In this document: in pieces, positions 28,323-37,288 of the stretch
Layout of the letters: the number at the start of each line of letters is the position of its first letter
Numbering within the stretch: the stretch's first letter is position 1
Assembly (NCBI GenBank): GCA_026683435.1
Contig: GCA_026683435.1_4866.1
DNA from: a phage
DNA: 64,000 nt
Direction: 5' to 3' (one strand)
Made by a program: the position numbers and the translations under genes
Notes under the pieces: generated by a model
What the model was told of the DNA's origin: nothing
What the model saw: only the letters and a program-made list of their open reading frames with translations
The model's database searches: none

Positions 28323-29020
28323 CAGTAATCCCCTGTTGCCCCTATCGCAGTCGCTACTTTACCGACGACCTCGTCAACCGGAAGTACCACCTCGTCTTTC
28401 TTGCTCACAATCTCTGGTACTTCTTTGACATGTTCAACGGTCACGTCAAACTTCCGAGTATAACCAACAAGTAACTTTGCCATATCTGCACGACTAACGA
28501 ACTGTTGTTCTTCCGACAGATGTAACGACGTATCAAGTAGTCCAGAATGCATGAAGTTTTCAATGAGTTGGTCTTCTTCCTCTTTGAAGTCGTACCGCTC
28601 GTTCGGGGCGGCCACAAATGCATAACCGAAATACTTCCCCTCTTCCTGTTCAGGGCGTAACGATTTAACTAACTCCTCAGCGTGTTCACAGAAGTCCGCC
28701 AAAGTATAATCGTCAAGTGTGGCAACTGCGGTTTCTGTTACAATTTCACCGGTGTCGAGTTCAGTGAGGTGCATCACCCAAAGATGCCATGGTCGCGGTT
28801 GGTCGAACAGCCCACCGACTAACATATCTGTGGCGATAGCACGAATGCGAGGACTTGCCGTAAAGTGAAAACCACGGCCCGCGTACGGCCCGAGGCGACG
28901 AATCGAACTGCCGATAAACGTGATACGATTCAGAGCGTTTTCAGCGACGGTGTGTGCCGTACGTTCTGTGGCAACTTTCGGGTTATACTTTTTGTTACGG
29001 GGTTTCTTTTGCTTAGCCAT
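28322..29020 (-). CDS. hypothetical protein with basic N-terminus (232 aa)
   Basis: Track ORF extends to 29149; ATG at 29020 (MAKQKKPRNKKYNPK...) avoids overlap with the upstream gene. Confidence 0.55.
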   Translation of the reverse strand: MAKQKKPRNKKYNPKVATERTAHTVAENALNRITFIGSSIRRLGPYAGRGFHFTASPRIRAIATDMLVGGLFDQPRPWHLWVMHLTELDTGEIVTETAVATLDDYTLADFCEHAEELVKSLRPEQEEGKYFGYAFVAAPNERYDFKEEEDQLIENFMHSGLLDTSLHLSEEQQFVSRADMAKLLVGYTRKFDVTVEHVKEVPEIVSKKDEVVLPVDEVVGKVATAIGATGDY

Positions 29021-29063
29021 GTTCTGATTCTCTTTGTGGGTTACATTAAATGTGGCGGTGATG

Positions 29064-29621
29064 TTAAAAATAGTCTTTCTTATTTTCGCTACGCGGGAAC
29101 TCAGCGAAGGGGACGGTTCCGTTTTCATCGAGCTTTGCAACCAGCTCACTGAATTTCATGAACGGTACAAAACGGTTATTGCCGGGGAACACCGAACAGA
29201 TTTTCTCAATGCGCTCAATCGTCCAGTTCCCGTTTTCAGGATCAAGGTCAGGGTTTAATGCGAGGTGCTCAATAAAGGTCGACAGCAGCGACGATTCTCT
29301 ATCTTCGGGAATCACCACTACGCGATGATGACTGTGGGTTGAAACCAAACGATAGTTCGGCCCCGCTAACTTGACGTCTAAGATTTCACCCCCTGCTCGA
29401 ATCAACGTACCGGCGTAAGTGATTTCTTCATGACGCAGGTTATCCTTACCCGTGTTCAGTACGTCCGTTAACATCCGTACGTTTTCCGTTGGGAACCACC
29501 AACCGTGTATGGTGAAGTGTTCTTCTGGGTTACTGGGCATGGGTAGGTTTAAGCCAACGTGGTTCGTGTTGACGTAAATCTGGTCGTCGATAATAACGCC
29601 TGAGATATAAACGTTATTCAT
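29064..29621 (-). CDS. hypothetical protein (185 aa)
   Basis: ORF track; ATGA-type overlap with upstream gene. Confidence 0.6.
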   Translation of the reverse strand: MNNVYISGVIIDDQIYVNTNHVGLNLPMPSNPEEHFTIHGWWFPTENVRMLTDVLNTGKDNLRHEEITYAGTLIRAGGEILDVKLAGPNYRLVSTHSHHRVVVIPEDRESSLLSTFIEHLALNPDLDPENGNWTIERIEKICSVFPGNNRFVPFMKFSELVAKLDENGTVPFAEFPRSENKKDYF

Positions 29622-30142
29622 TTACGCAAATCCTCTCTGTAAACCACGTCGCATTTACGACTGGTCATGGGGTCAATGTACGATACCAACTGAACGATGT
29701 TCTTCGGCTCCATCCCGCAAGCCCAACCACAGATTGCTAAATCCCCTCCGCTACCAAACCCAATAGGTGCACGCAAGTCCAGCTCATCAACCATCAGTAT
29801 TTTGTTGGGTTCTGGCATGTTGGTGTTCGGGTCTTCCAACGACATCATGGAGTTATGCAATTTAAAGGATTTGGTGCGGGTCATTATCAGCAACGTATCG
29901 AATGCAATGAACTGGTTGATAAATGCTTCCGCTGCTTCGCGTGCTTTACGCTTGCCAAATACGAAAGCGTAGACCGCCTTGTCGAGTTTTACACGTTGTT
30001 CGGTAGTTGGGTGGCTGGAACCAAAGAAATACGCTATACGGCCTTTTAAGACCTGTATTTTCGTATCATCAACAACCATTCCATTCAGCAACACTGCGCG
30101 GTCACCAACGAGGTAGTCTTGAGTGAATAATACCGTGGTCAC
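29618..30142 (-). CDS. HslV/proteasome-beta-like Ntn-hydrolase (tentative)
   Basis: GTG start with AAGGAGG SD; N-terminus M-TTVLFTQDYLVGDRAV (compare HslV TTIVSVRRNGHVVIAGDG) and PIGFGSGGDLAI (compare HslV IAIGSGG). Confidence 0.4.
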   Translation of the reverse strand: MTTVLFTQDYLVGDRAVLLNGMVVDDTKIQVLKGRIAYFFGSSHPTTEQRVKLDKAVYAFVFGKRKAREAAEAFINQFIAFDTLLIMTRTKSFKLHNSMMSLEDPNTNMPEPNKILMVDELDLRAPIGFGSGGDLAICGWACGMEPKNIVQLVSYIDPMTSRKCDVVYREDLRK

Positions 30143-30152
30143 GCGACCTCCT

Positions 30153-30194
30153 TAAAAAAGAAAAAAGACGTCCTACTCCCGAAGGAGTAGGACA
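30153..30194 (-). terminator. hairpin terminator after gene 30200..30544
   Basis: gtcctactcc-cgaa-ggagtaggac preceded (plus) by aaaaaagaaaaaag. Confidence 0.7.
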
Positions 30195-30199
30195 CCGAA

Positions 30200-30544
30200 T
30201 TAGAAGTGCTTACGGAAGATAGACTCGTTGCAGGTCTCCCCACGCGTCTTACCACGAGACACGGTGGTTTTGTTTGCAGCAGTTTTACCATCACCCACAG
30301 CGGTCTTCGCCAGCGGCAGACGTTCGCTTGCACCACGGAATGCGTAGTAGCGAATGTTTTCTGGGGCAGCGACATCGCCTTCGAACTGGAAGGTGATACC
30401 TTTACGCAGTGACTTGTAGGTGTAGCCTTTCAAGTCCAGCGTCTGCGGCAGTGCATTTTCATCGGCACCATGTTGGTAGTGGATAACCGTACCTACACGT
30501 TTGATGACGATATACATCTGCGCTGCTTTTGGTGCTTTGGCCAT
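30200..30544 (-). CDS. small, apparently highly expressed protein (114 aa), N-terminus MAKAPK
   Basis: ATG at 30544 with AAGGAG SD; strongly biased codon choice (ctg, cgt, ggt, aaa); own promoter-like element and terminator. Confidence 0.65.
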   Translation of the reverse strand: MAKAPKAAQMYIVIKRVGTVIHYQHGADENALPQTLDLKGYTYKSLRKGITFQFEGDVAAPENIRYYAFRGASERLPLAKTAVGDGKTAANKTTVSRGKTRGETCNESIFRKHF

Positions 30545-30592
30545 TCTCGATACTCCTTATAGATTAAAATGTGAGGGAGAAAACAATCTTCT

Positions 30593-30618
30593 CCCCTAGA
30601 TAACATCTATCTGAAAAG
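30593..30618 (-). promoter_or_regulatory. promoter/operator-like element, copy 3
   Basis: Plus cccctagataacatctatctgaaaag; leader stem gggagaa...ttctccc. Confidence 0.5.
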
Positions 30619-30625
30619 TAATGCG

Positions 30626-30952
30626 TTAGAGGCGGATTTGCAGCTGGATAGGATCGCTGTTTTCTCTGTGGGTATCAGGCCAGCAGAAAATACGATGATG
30701 TACGCGACTTATCTCAACCACTAACCCGATAGCGGGTACAAACAGGAACACGTTCAGCGGCATGGTGAAGTCAATCTTACTTTCAAGATTGGTGAAGTGG
30801 ACTTCTTTGTTATCCACCCCAATCACCTGTGCGTACACCTGCCGTGCTTCCGGCGGACACCCTAACGACTTCTGAAACGCAGACTGCATCCGAATGAGTA
30901 GCTCACTCGGCGACAGTTCATCGCGGACATCAATGAGGGATGGGCTCGACAT
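30626..30952 (-). CDS. hypothetical protein (108 aa)
   Basis: ORF track. Confidence 0.55.
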   Translation of the reverse strand: MSSPSLIDVRDELSPSELLIRMQSAFQKSLGCPPEARQVYAQVIGVDNKEVHFTNLESKIDFTMPLNVFLFVPAIGLVVEISRVHHRIFCWPDTHRENSDPIQLQIRL

Positions 30953-31244
30953 GGTGGTTGGTATCCAGTACGAAGGAGTTCTCGCCGGTCTTTTTCGCCA
31001 GCGCCCACATCCACTTGTCGGTGGACTTGTCGTGCCACGATGCTAACCACACGCCATCGACAATGCCTGCGGTGTCAACTTCCGGGTGGAACAGCATGTA
31101 TTCGTTTTCTTCCGCATCGAGGACAACGAACTGCCCTTCCTCCATACGGTCGAAGTTAGCGACACCAACGGTAATCGGTTCCGCATCGACAGAAAGGGTC
31201 ACTTCACGTTTTGGCAGGTCACGATGAATAGCACTTAACCACAT
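30930..31244 (-). CDS. hypothetical protein (104 aa)
   Basis: ORF track. Confidence 0.55.
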   Translation of the reverse strand: MWLSAIHRDLPKREVTLSVDAEPITVGVANFDRMEEGQFVVLDAEENEYMLFHPEVDTAGIVDGVWLASWHDKSTDKWMWALAKKTGENSFVLDTNHHVEPIPH

Positions 31245-31340
31245 TCTCTTAATTCCTCTTTACGTGGGTTGTTTCACATAAGTTAGTGGACTGATGTAAA
31301 TAAAAAGGGACCCCCTCACCCGTGGGCAAGGAGGCAAACC

Positions 31341-31835
31341 TTACAGTTGGTTTTCTTCGCGGTCGTCTGTCAGGACGGCTGCGCAGATAAAGCGCGCGAG
31401 TTTCAATTTCGCAGCCGCTGTCTCCTCTGCAGACGGATTCGGGTCAACCGGCGCAGCCAAATCAACATCTGCCAGCTCTTCCGCGTATTTCTCAGCAGCT
31501 TCATCGAAGCCTGCACGGATACCTGCCAGAAGGTCTTGTACTTCATCGCTTGGCACAGGACCATCGATAAGAATCTTCTGAGCATCTGATGGCTCTACAT
31601 CGGCAAAGTTCATTTCGTTCAACATGCCAATGCGTTCTGCGTTAGAGGTGATGAGTTGTGCCAACAGTTTTTCAAAACGGTTGATATACTCATCGTCCAA
31701 CGGTTGACCGGTCAGTAGCTCGTAGTAGCGGGCCATTAGTGTGTTCGCGTCGGCCCCTTCCTCATGACGCACGCCTAAATCAAAATCGTGCTGAGGGAGC
31801 TGACCTAATTCGATCATATCCATAGTTAACCTCAA
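31341..31835 (-). CDS. acidic hypothetical protein (164 aa)
   Basis: ORF track; D/E-rich. Confidence 0.6.
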   Translation of the reverse strand: MRLTMDMIELGQLPQHDFDLGVRHEEGADANTLMARYYELLTGQPLDDEYINRFEKLLAQLITSNAERIGMLNEMNFADVEPSDAQKILIDGPVPSDEVQDLLAGIRAGFDEAAEKYAEELADVDLAAPVDPNPSAEETAAAKLKLARFICAAVLTDDREENQL

Positions 31836-31863
31836 CGGTGTTTAAGGGTCATACAATGGCGAA

Positions 31864-32154
31864 TTACGCCGTTACCGGAACAGGGGTGATTAACAGCTCC
31901 CCTTCCACCTCACGTAACTGATAACCGTACATAACGTTGTAGGATTTAATGCCGTCGCGCTGTTTGGCTTTCGCGACGAGCTTTTCCAACACGCGACTAT
32001 GTGCACGAGTCATCTCTTCTTTCGAATAAACAACTTGGAGTACGTGCTGTTCGTCAATAACGGCACGGAACTGCATTACGTCGCCATCCTCAACGTTGTA
32101 AACGACTTCTTTAGACTTCGACACTGTACGATTAATTTGCATTATTTTCTCCAT
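31864..32154 (-). CDS. hypothetical protein (96 aa)
   Basis: ORF track. Confidence 0.55.
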   Translation of the reverse strand: MEKIMQINRTVSKSKEVVYNVEDGDVMQFRAVIDEQHVLQVVYSKEEMTRAHSRVLEKLVAKAKQRDGIKSYNVMYGYQLREVEGELLITPVPVTA

Positions 32155-32944
32155 TAGTAGTTTTCAGGGCACGTCCGTACACATAACTTTCGGGTAGCCA
32201 ACCGTTTTCTAATAACCACATTGCGGCTGGTCCCCCAGTATATTGGTGGTAAGTGTAAACTAATTCATCCCCCACCGGTAATTCAGACTGGATACAATGC
32301 ATCAACAGTCCGAACTCCTCTCGAGTTAGAGTAACCACCCCTTCTGCGGTAAACCATCCACCAATAACCCAGCGTTGTCCACGATGTGAGAGCACTGTCA
32401 ACTTGTAGCTATCAGCGTTTCGCCACGACATCAGCCTCCCACCCATGACAAGCGTTGAGTAGATTGAGCTTGTACCGTAAAGCATCCTAACCCAATCCAA
32501 GAACGCTTTCTTACTATCGAACAACGAACTGACATCCCCACAGAAATCCTCATCGTGGCTAGGCACCGATGAATTAATTTTGCGGTAGTTTATCGTTTCG
32601 CAACAAAAGCCCATGCGAGCATATTCGTCCCCTTCAGAACGAGTAAAATGCATCGCGTAGTTACGCCCAGCTGCACGAAGTAAGGAATCCGCAAGCGAGG
32701 TTAACTGGGCGTCTAAAGCACGAACCATATTGATAACTTCTAACATGTATCCGTGGTCCAGACAGAGCACGATCGCATCAGGCGCAACTGTGTCCCGACT
32801 GAAAACTTCAAAGATTCGGTAGTAAAGACGACGTTCATCTTGTAACGTGGAAGGATCGATATCATTTAACAACGATAACGCTTTACGGTCTTCCAACCAC
32901 GTTCGGTCCAGAATCCTCTCCGTGCGTTCGATAACTCTCAGCAT
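32132..32944 (-). CDS. hypothetical protein (270 aa)
   Basis: ORF track. Confidence 0.6.
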   Translation of the reverse strand: MLRVIERTERILDRTWLEDRKALSLLNDIDPSTLQDERRLYYRIFEVFSRDTVAPDAIVLCLDHGYMLEVINMVRALDAQLTSLADSLLRAAGRNYAMHFTRSEGDEYARMGFCCETINYRKINSSVPSHDEDFCGDVSSLFDSKKAFLDWVRMLYGTSSIYSTLVMGGRLMSWRNADSYKLTVLSHRGQRWVIGGWFTAEGVVTLTREEFGLLMHCIQSELPVGDELVYTYHQYTGGPAAMWLLENGWLPESYVYGRALKTTNGENNAN

Positions 32945-32953
32945 ATTCTCTCC

Positions 32954-33757
32954 TTACGCAAGGGTGTAGTGATGCGTGATTACACGATACTCTAACCCAT
33001 CGATAGAAGGAAACTCGTGCTCTATCGCAACACCCATGTTGACCTTCTTACCTTTCTGTCCCGCCAAATGCAAAATGGCGTGGTAGTGTTTTAGAAACTC
33101 TACCGAGTAGGCAATCGGGTCAAAAGTTTGGCAGCAGAATTGCTCAGTAATGATGCTCTTCGGGAACTCCTTATAAAGCATTAATGAAAACGGTTTCTGA
33201 CCGTGCAACCCCACGAACGCAGAGACAAAACCATTTGCTAATTCACCCAACATCTCACGCGTTCCTGCGTCTTTTAGCGTAGGTCGCATTAGATAGCAAA
33301 CATCTTGGGTTTGTTCTAATGACAATGTCTCCAACGGGACAACCGATGGGTCTGACGTAAAACCGTATTTCGGACTGACAGTAATCTCCACACGCTTCGT
33401 TACAGCTTCGAACCCCAGACGTTGGTACAATGCCGCATGTTCGGTGTCATGCGGAAAACAGGTAATATCAAGCATCTGCACTTCCAGGAGTCGCGTTAAA
33501 CGCTTCCACTCGTGGAACAGGGGCTCGGAAAGCACGTGCAACTCGTAGATGTAGTAAACAATACCTGAACGACATCCACGAAAATACATTTGCGCACGAC
33601 CGCTATTGCTCAACACTAACCAATGATCGTCTTCTTGGTCTGCGACGGGTCGCAAATCTTGAATCCGTTCACGGAGTTGCCCCAAGGTGGTCAATCGACC
33701 ACTAAACTCTACGGTCAGGTCATTTTTGTCCATACCGTATAGATTAAATAGTTGCAT
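32954..33757 (-). CDS. hypothetical protein (267 aa), possible GNAT-like N-terminal half
   Basis: ...TEHAALYQRLGFEAV resembles a GNAT C-terminal motif; weak. Confidence 0.5.
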   Translation of the reverse strand: MQLFNLYGMDKNDLTVEFSGRLTTLGQLRERIQDLRPVADQEDDHWLVLSNSGRAQMYFRGCRSGIVYYIYELHVLSEPLFHEWKRLTRLLEVQMLDITCFPHDTEHAALYQRLGFEAVTKRVEITVSPKYGFTSDPSVVPLETLSLEQTQDVCYLMRPTLKDAGTREMLGELANGFVSAFVGLHGQKPFSLMLYKEFPKSIITEQFCCQTFDPIAYSVEFLKHYHAILHLAGQKGKKVNMGVAIEHEFPSIDGLEYRVITHHYTLA

Positions 33758-33766
33758 GTTGGTACC

Positions 33767-34585
33767 TTATAAGGTGCCGATTAGCTCTGTCACCGCTTTA
33801 CGTTTATTCGCATCCGCAGACATATATCGACCTACTTGAACTTCGCGCCAAGTAAAGCCGTAATAAATATCGCGTGTGAGTAACGTATCTGCGTTTGACA
33901 GAACGATCTTATTGCCATCGGCAGCTTGTTGTTTTAAAAGTTTCGCTAACTCGCGGTGGTCAGCTTGTGAAAATTCCTTGCTGTGATACTGCGCATGTTT
34001 AGCCGTATCCGAAAGTGGGATGTATGGCGGGTCAGCGTATATCACTGCGTTAGATGGGCACTTATTTAAGATGTCGCGGAAGTCGGCGCAGAGCAGCTCG
34101 ACGTTGGTTTCCGAACAACGTTTCGCCCACGCCAGAATTTCCTCTTCAGGGAAATAGACACCGTTCGGATGTTGACCATAAGGCACGTTAAACCCACCCG
34201 ACTGATTGTATCTGCACAAGCCGTTGTAACCATGACGTGTAAGATACAGGAACATCGCAGCGCGCTGGAGATTAGGTTTCCCCGTGGTTGTCTCGCTGTT
34301 AAATTCCTCGCGTCGTTTCATGTACAGACCGCGGTCCGTCCCATTTGCAAAGAGCGCCTTTGCTTCCAGTATCAACGCCTCCGGACGATCGCGCGCCATG
34401 GTCAATAACTCGATTAAGTCCGGGTTCGTGTCGCCGAGAATATAGTTCGGGTATTTAGTGTTTAAAAACACTGACCCTGCACCCACAAACGGTTCAACGA
34501 AATACTCAGCATCTGGAAGCACCTGTAGCAGCTCGGGAAGTACGCGACTCTTACCACCCATCCATTTTAAAATTGGTCTTATCAC
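33767..34585 (-). CDS. dam: DNA adenine methyltransferase (Dam-type, GATC-specific family)
   Basis: KWMGGKSRVLPEL...VEPFVGAGSVFLNT...YILGDTNPDLIEL and IYADPPYIPLS (DPPY motif) closely match E. coli Dam blocks. Confidence 0.9.
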   Translation of the reverse strand: MIRPILKWMGGKSRVLPELLQVLPDAEYFVEPFVGAGSVFLNTKYPNYILGDTNPDLIELLTMARDRPEALILEAKALFANGTDRGLYMKRREEFNSETTTGKPNLQRAAMFLYLTRHGYNGLCRYNQSGGFNVPYGQHPNGVYFPEEEILAWAKRCSETNVELLCADFRDILNKCPSNAVIYADPPYIPLSDTAKHAQYHSKEFSQADHRELAKLLKQQAADGNKIVLSNADTLLTRDIYYGFTWREVQVGRYMSADANKRKAVTELIGTL

Positions 34586-34591
34586 CCGTTA

Positions 34592-35620
34592 TCATCCTCT
34601 CATGCCAGATTGAAACATATCACTGATAGTCAGCCTGGTTGTAGTCTCCACCGGAATGCTAGGTTCTTCTTTCAGCACTCGATCGGCGCGGTTCCCATTC
34701 ACCCGTTTCCAGCTAATAAGTTCAGGATCGCGTTTCAACGTTAGTGTACGCAGTACCTGCTTGCAACGTAAGATGTTACCGTACAGGTGATTTGCTGGAT
34801 TATTATCAGCAGCTGTTTCAATATAGACTTGGTCGGAATGACGTTGTGCGAAATCGAACAGCGCGCCCATTAGCCGGCGACCAATGCCACGTTTACGATG
34901 CGTAGGTGCAACCGTCAAGCCAGAGAGTTCAACGACGCCTGGCGCGACCAAACGCATTTGGGCAATGCCGACGATATCACGACCGTCTCGCCAAATCGCG
35001 GTTTCCACATTAGCGTGCTGAATTCTTGCTATCACGGTTTCTGCCAAAGGACCAATGTGTGTATAATAGCCACGAATGTCATACCCCAGTTCCTCGCAAA
35101 TTGCACCACTGACCAGATTCAGGATAACGTCTTTGTCGTCCTTGGAAAGTTCTGCGTATGCGTCACCAGAAATAATCTTGATTTCCGATGCAGTTATTAC
35201 TTTATCAAACAGTTTAGAATGACATGCCCAGACGATATCTGAAAGAACAAACCCTTTTTCGACCAGTTTTTGTTCAACATCGCCAGTAGGTGCCGGGCAC
35301 GACATATATTCGAAGCCTGTGTGGTCGAGCACAAGGGCTAAACCAACTTTATCGAATGCCCCAGGTACAAACTCCTCAAAATAGTGACAGGTTAGTGTAG
35401 GGTCACCGTGTCGATAGGTGGCCACTAAATAACCCTCCCAGGTTTCTCTATTCCGTACCACGTAAACAGAATAAGTCTCGTCCTTTAGAAACTCTTTTAG
35501 GCGGCGTGCTCGTACAGTATCGCTACCGACGTTATTTTGGAACTCGGCAGAGCGAATGCTGCTGCGGAACAATTTAGCCACAGTTTTCATTGTAATGCCC
35601 TCAAAAGGTAATGCTGTCAC
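34592..35620 (-). CDS. two-domain protein with C-terminal GNAT acetyltransferase domain
   Basis: GNAT motif A LTVAPTHRKRGIGRRLMGALFDFAQ; start may be GTG at 35620 or ATG at 35590. Confidence 0.65.
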   Translation of the reverse strand: MTALPFEGITMKTVAKLFRSSIRSAEFQNNVGSDTVRARRLKEFLKDETYSVYVVRNRETWEGYLVATYRHGDPTLTCHYFEEFVPGAFDKVGLALVLDHTGFEYMSCPAPTGDVEQKLVEKGFVLSDIVWACHSKLFDKVITASEIKIISGDAYAELSKDDKDVILNLVSGAICEELGYDIRGYYTHIGPLAETVIARIQHANVETAIWRDGRDIVGIAQMRLVAPGVVELSGLTVAPTHRKRGIGRRLMGALFDFAQRHSDQVYIETAADNNPANHLYGNILRCKQVLRTLTLKRDPELISWKRVNGNRADRVLKEEPSIPVETTTRLTISDMFQSGMRG

Positions 35621-35640
35621 AACATGAGGATAATGCGTAA

Positions 35641-35677
35641 AAAGACAAAAAATTAAGGGGTCCGAAGACCCCTTAAT
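35641..35677 (-). terminator. hairpin terminator after gene 35680..36336
   Basis: ttaaggggtc-cgaa-gaccccttaa preceded (plus) by aaaaagacaaaaaa. Confidence 0.7.
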
Positions 35678-35679
35678 GA

Positions 35680-36336
35680 TTACAGTTCAGGTTTGGAGAC
35701 AAGCGCCGTCCAAGTTTCAGAATGTTTGATACTGACGTGCGCCAAGCGATTCACCATGAACGCAAATTTGTCCATATGCTTCTGCACTTCGTTATCAGTC
35801 AGATTACCAGCGATAACTTTACCGTCTTTGGTCAGCACGATATAACCGTGGTTGTTGTCTACAGTAGTAAACGCCACGTCAATCGTAACTGGGTACAGTT
35901 TCACCAGCGTCGGCAGAATATGACCAACACGATCCGCCATACCCGCAAGCTGACCACAAAGGTCGGCTTTATCCTGCATGAACAAACGCAACATCGCTAC
36001 TGCAAACACCGGATAGATGTTTTCGATTTGCGTGTCGTAACGAGACAGACCGATAACTTCATCACCACGGGTTAGCACCATGTTGTTCAGATGCGCGCCT
36101 TTATAGATGGTAAAGCGTACGTCGCTACCAAGGTTAACCGCAACGATTTCCTGACCAAGGTCAATCGGATATTCGCGCTCGATGTGAATTGTTTTCAGAC
36201 GTTCACTGATTGGTACAATTACATCCGGTTTAGGAATGGTAGGTGGGCGTGGAGATTCGGTAGTACGCGTTTTTGTGGCTTTAATCGCGTTGCTTGCCGT
36301 TGAATCTTTTGCTACAGTTTTAGGGGCCTTCGCCAT
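35680..36336 (-). CDS. hypothetical protein (218 aa), N-terminus MAKAPK
   Basis: Track ORF extends to 36414; ATG at 36336 with AAGGAG SD. Confidence 0.6.
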   Translation of the reverse strand: MAKAPKTVAKDSTASNAIKATKTRTTESPRPPTIPKPDVIVPISERLKTIHIEREYPIDLGQEIVAVNLGSDVRFTIYKGAHLNNMVLTRGDEVIGLSRYDTQIENIYPVFAVAMLRLFMQDKADLCGQLAGMADRVGHILPTLVKLYPVTIDVAFTTVDNNHGYIVLTKDGKVIAGNLTDNEVQKHMDKFAFMVNRLAHVSIKHSETWTALVSKPEL

Positions 36337-36358
36337 GATATACTCCTTAAGGGTTATA

Positions 36359-36748
36359 TTAGTTATCCCAGAAAGCTGCTTCTGGAAAGTCGTGTTCAAA
36401 TGCCCGACGGTCATTCTCTACACGGTTTAAATGTGTCGGTAAAGACACACAGTTATTACAGATACAAAGTTCTTTATCCCCTTGACTGGGGTCAAAGTCG
36501 TGCCATTTCCACTCAACAGTATCCCGTTTCGGGAAGGTACCTTTGCAATCGTCGCAGACCACTTCTTCAGCTGCAATTTCAGCCTGCAGTTTTTCCCAGC
36601 AGTCTTCGCACATGTAATACGTTTCGCGGCCCCATGGGTCGCACTCTGCCGTATAGCGCGGGGCTATAGAGCCCACTTTAAGATGTTTACATCGATCATC
36701 CTCTTCCGTCATCACGCGACGGGTGATACCATTTACAAACCAATTCAT
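36359..36748 (-). CDS. Cys-rich zinc-ribbon protein (129 aa)
   Basis: Multiple CxxC pairs (CEDCW, CDDCKG, CICNNC). Confidence 0.55.
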   Translation of the reverse strand: MNWFVNGITRRVMTEEDDRCKHLKVGSIAPRYTAECDPWGRETYYMCEDCWEKLQAEIAAEEVVCDDCKGTFPKRDTVEWKWHDFDPSQGDKELCICNNCVSLPTHLNRVENDRRAFEHDFPEAAFWDN

Positions 36749-36759
36749 ATGTTTGCTCC

Positions 36760-37125
36760 CTACATTACTGCAGAAGGTTTACGTGCCATGACTTTGAGTC
36801 CTGTTTCTCGTACCCGGATAGGACAGTTATTCATGTAGTCGGTGCAGGATTCAATTTTGAAGCTATGGCGGCATTTGCCGTTGATGGAACGGTAAACGAT
36901 TTCGTAATTCAGGCGCAGTGTATCGGCAACACGCATCAGAGTTTCGATAGTCACGGCTTTCTCGCGTTCATTTTTAATCGCAGAGATTTGTGACGGTGAG
37001 CAGCCTACCAACAATGCAATGTCTTTCTGCGTAACATCCTTCGCAGTGACACGAGTAATAATGTAAGAGAGACGAACCAGAAATGCTTTCTTTGCCAACA
37101 CAACGGTTTGATGTTTAAAACGCAT
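36760..37125 (-). CDS. XRE-type helix-turn-helix DNA-binding protein
   Basis: TQKDIALLVGCSPSQISAIKNEREKAVTIETLMRVADTL fits the Cro/C1 HTH pattern; ATG at 37125 with AAGGAG SD, directly downstream of element copy 4. Confidence 0.7.
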   Translation of the reverse strand: MRFKHQTVVLAKKAFLVRLSYIITRVTAKDVTQKDIALLVGCSPSQISAIKNEREKAVTIETLMRVADTLRLNYEIVYRSINGKCRHSFKIESCTDYMNNCPIRVRETGLKVMARKPSAVM

Positions 37126-37205
37126 TAGAATACTCCTTTAGATTAATAGTCGATTAGAGAGTTTAGTAGTAACTCTCACCTAAGTAATATATATCTGAAA
37201 TTTAG
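37126..37205 (-). repeat. duplicated promoter-leader unit (copy 2 of 2; partner 18371..18450)
   Basis: Shares core motif, stem-loop (gagagtt...aactctc) and SD with the 18.4-kb copy. Confidence 0.6.
37177..37201 (-). promoter_or_regulatory. promoter/operator-like element, copy 4
   Basis: Plus cacctaagtaatatatatctgaaa (identical core to copy 1). Confidence 0.5.
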
Positions 37206-37243
37206 TGGAGTGGAAGCAAAAAGCATAAGACTGTTCTGATCTG

Positions 37244-37283
37244 TAAAAAAAGACAATACCCTCTTACCCGAAGGTAAGAGGGG
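37244..37283 (-). terminator. hairpin terminator after gene 37289..37912
   Basis: ccctcttacc-cgaa-ggtaagaggg preceded (plus) by aaaaaaagacaa. Confidence 0.7.
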
Positions 37284-37288
37284 TACAA

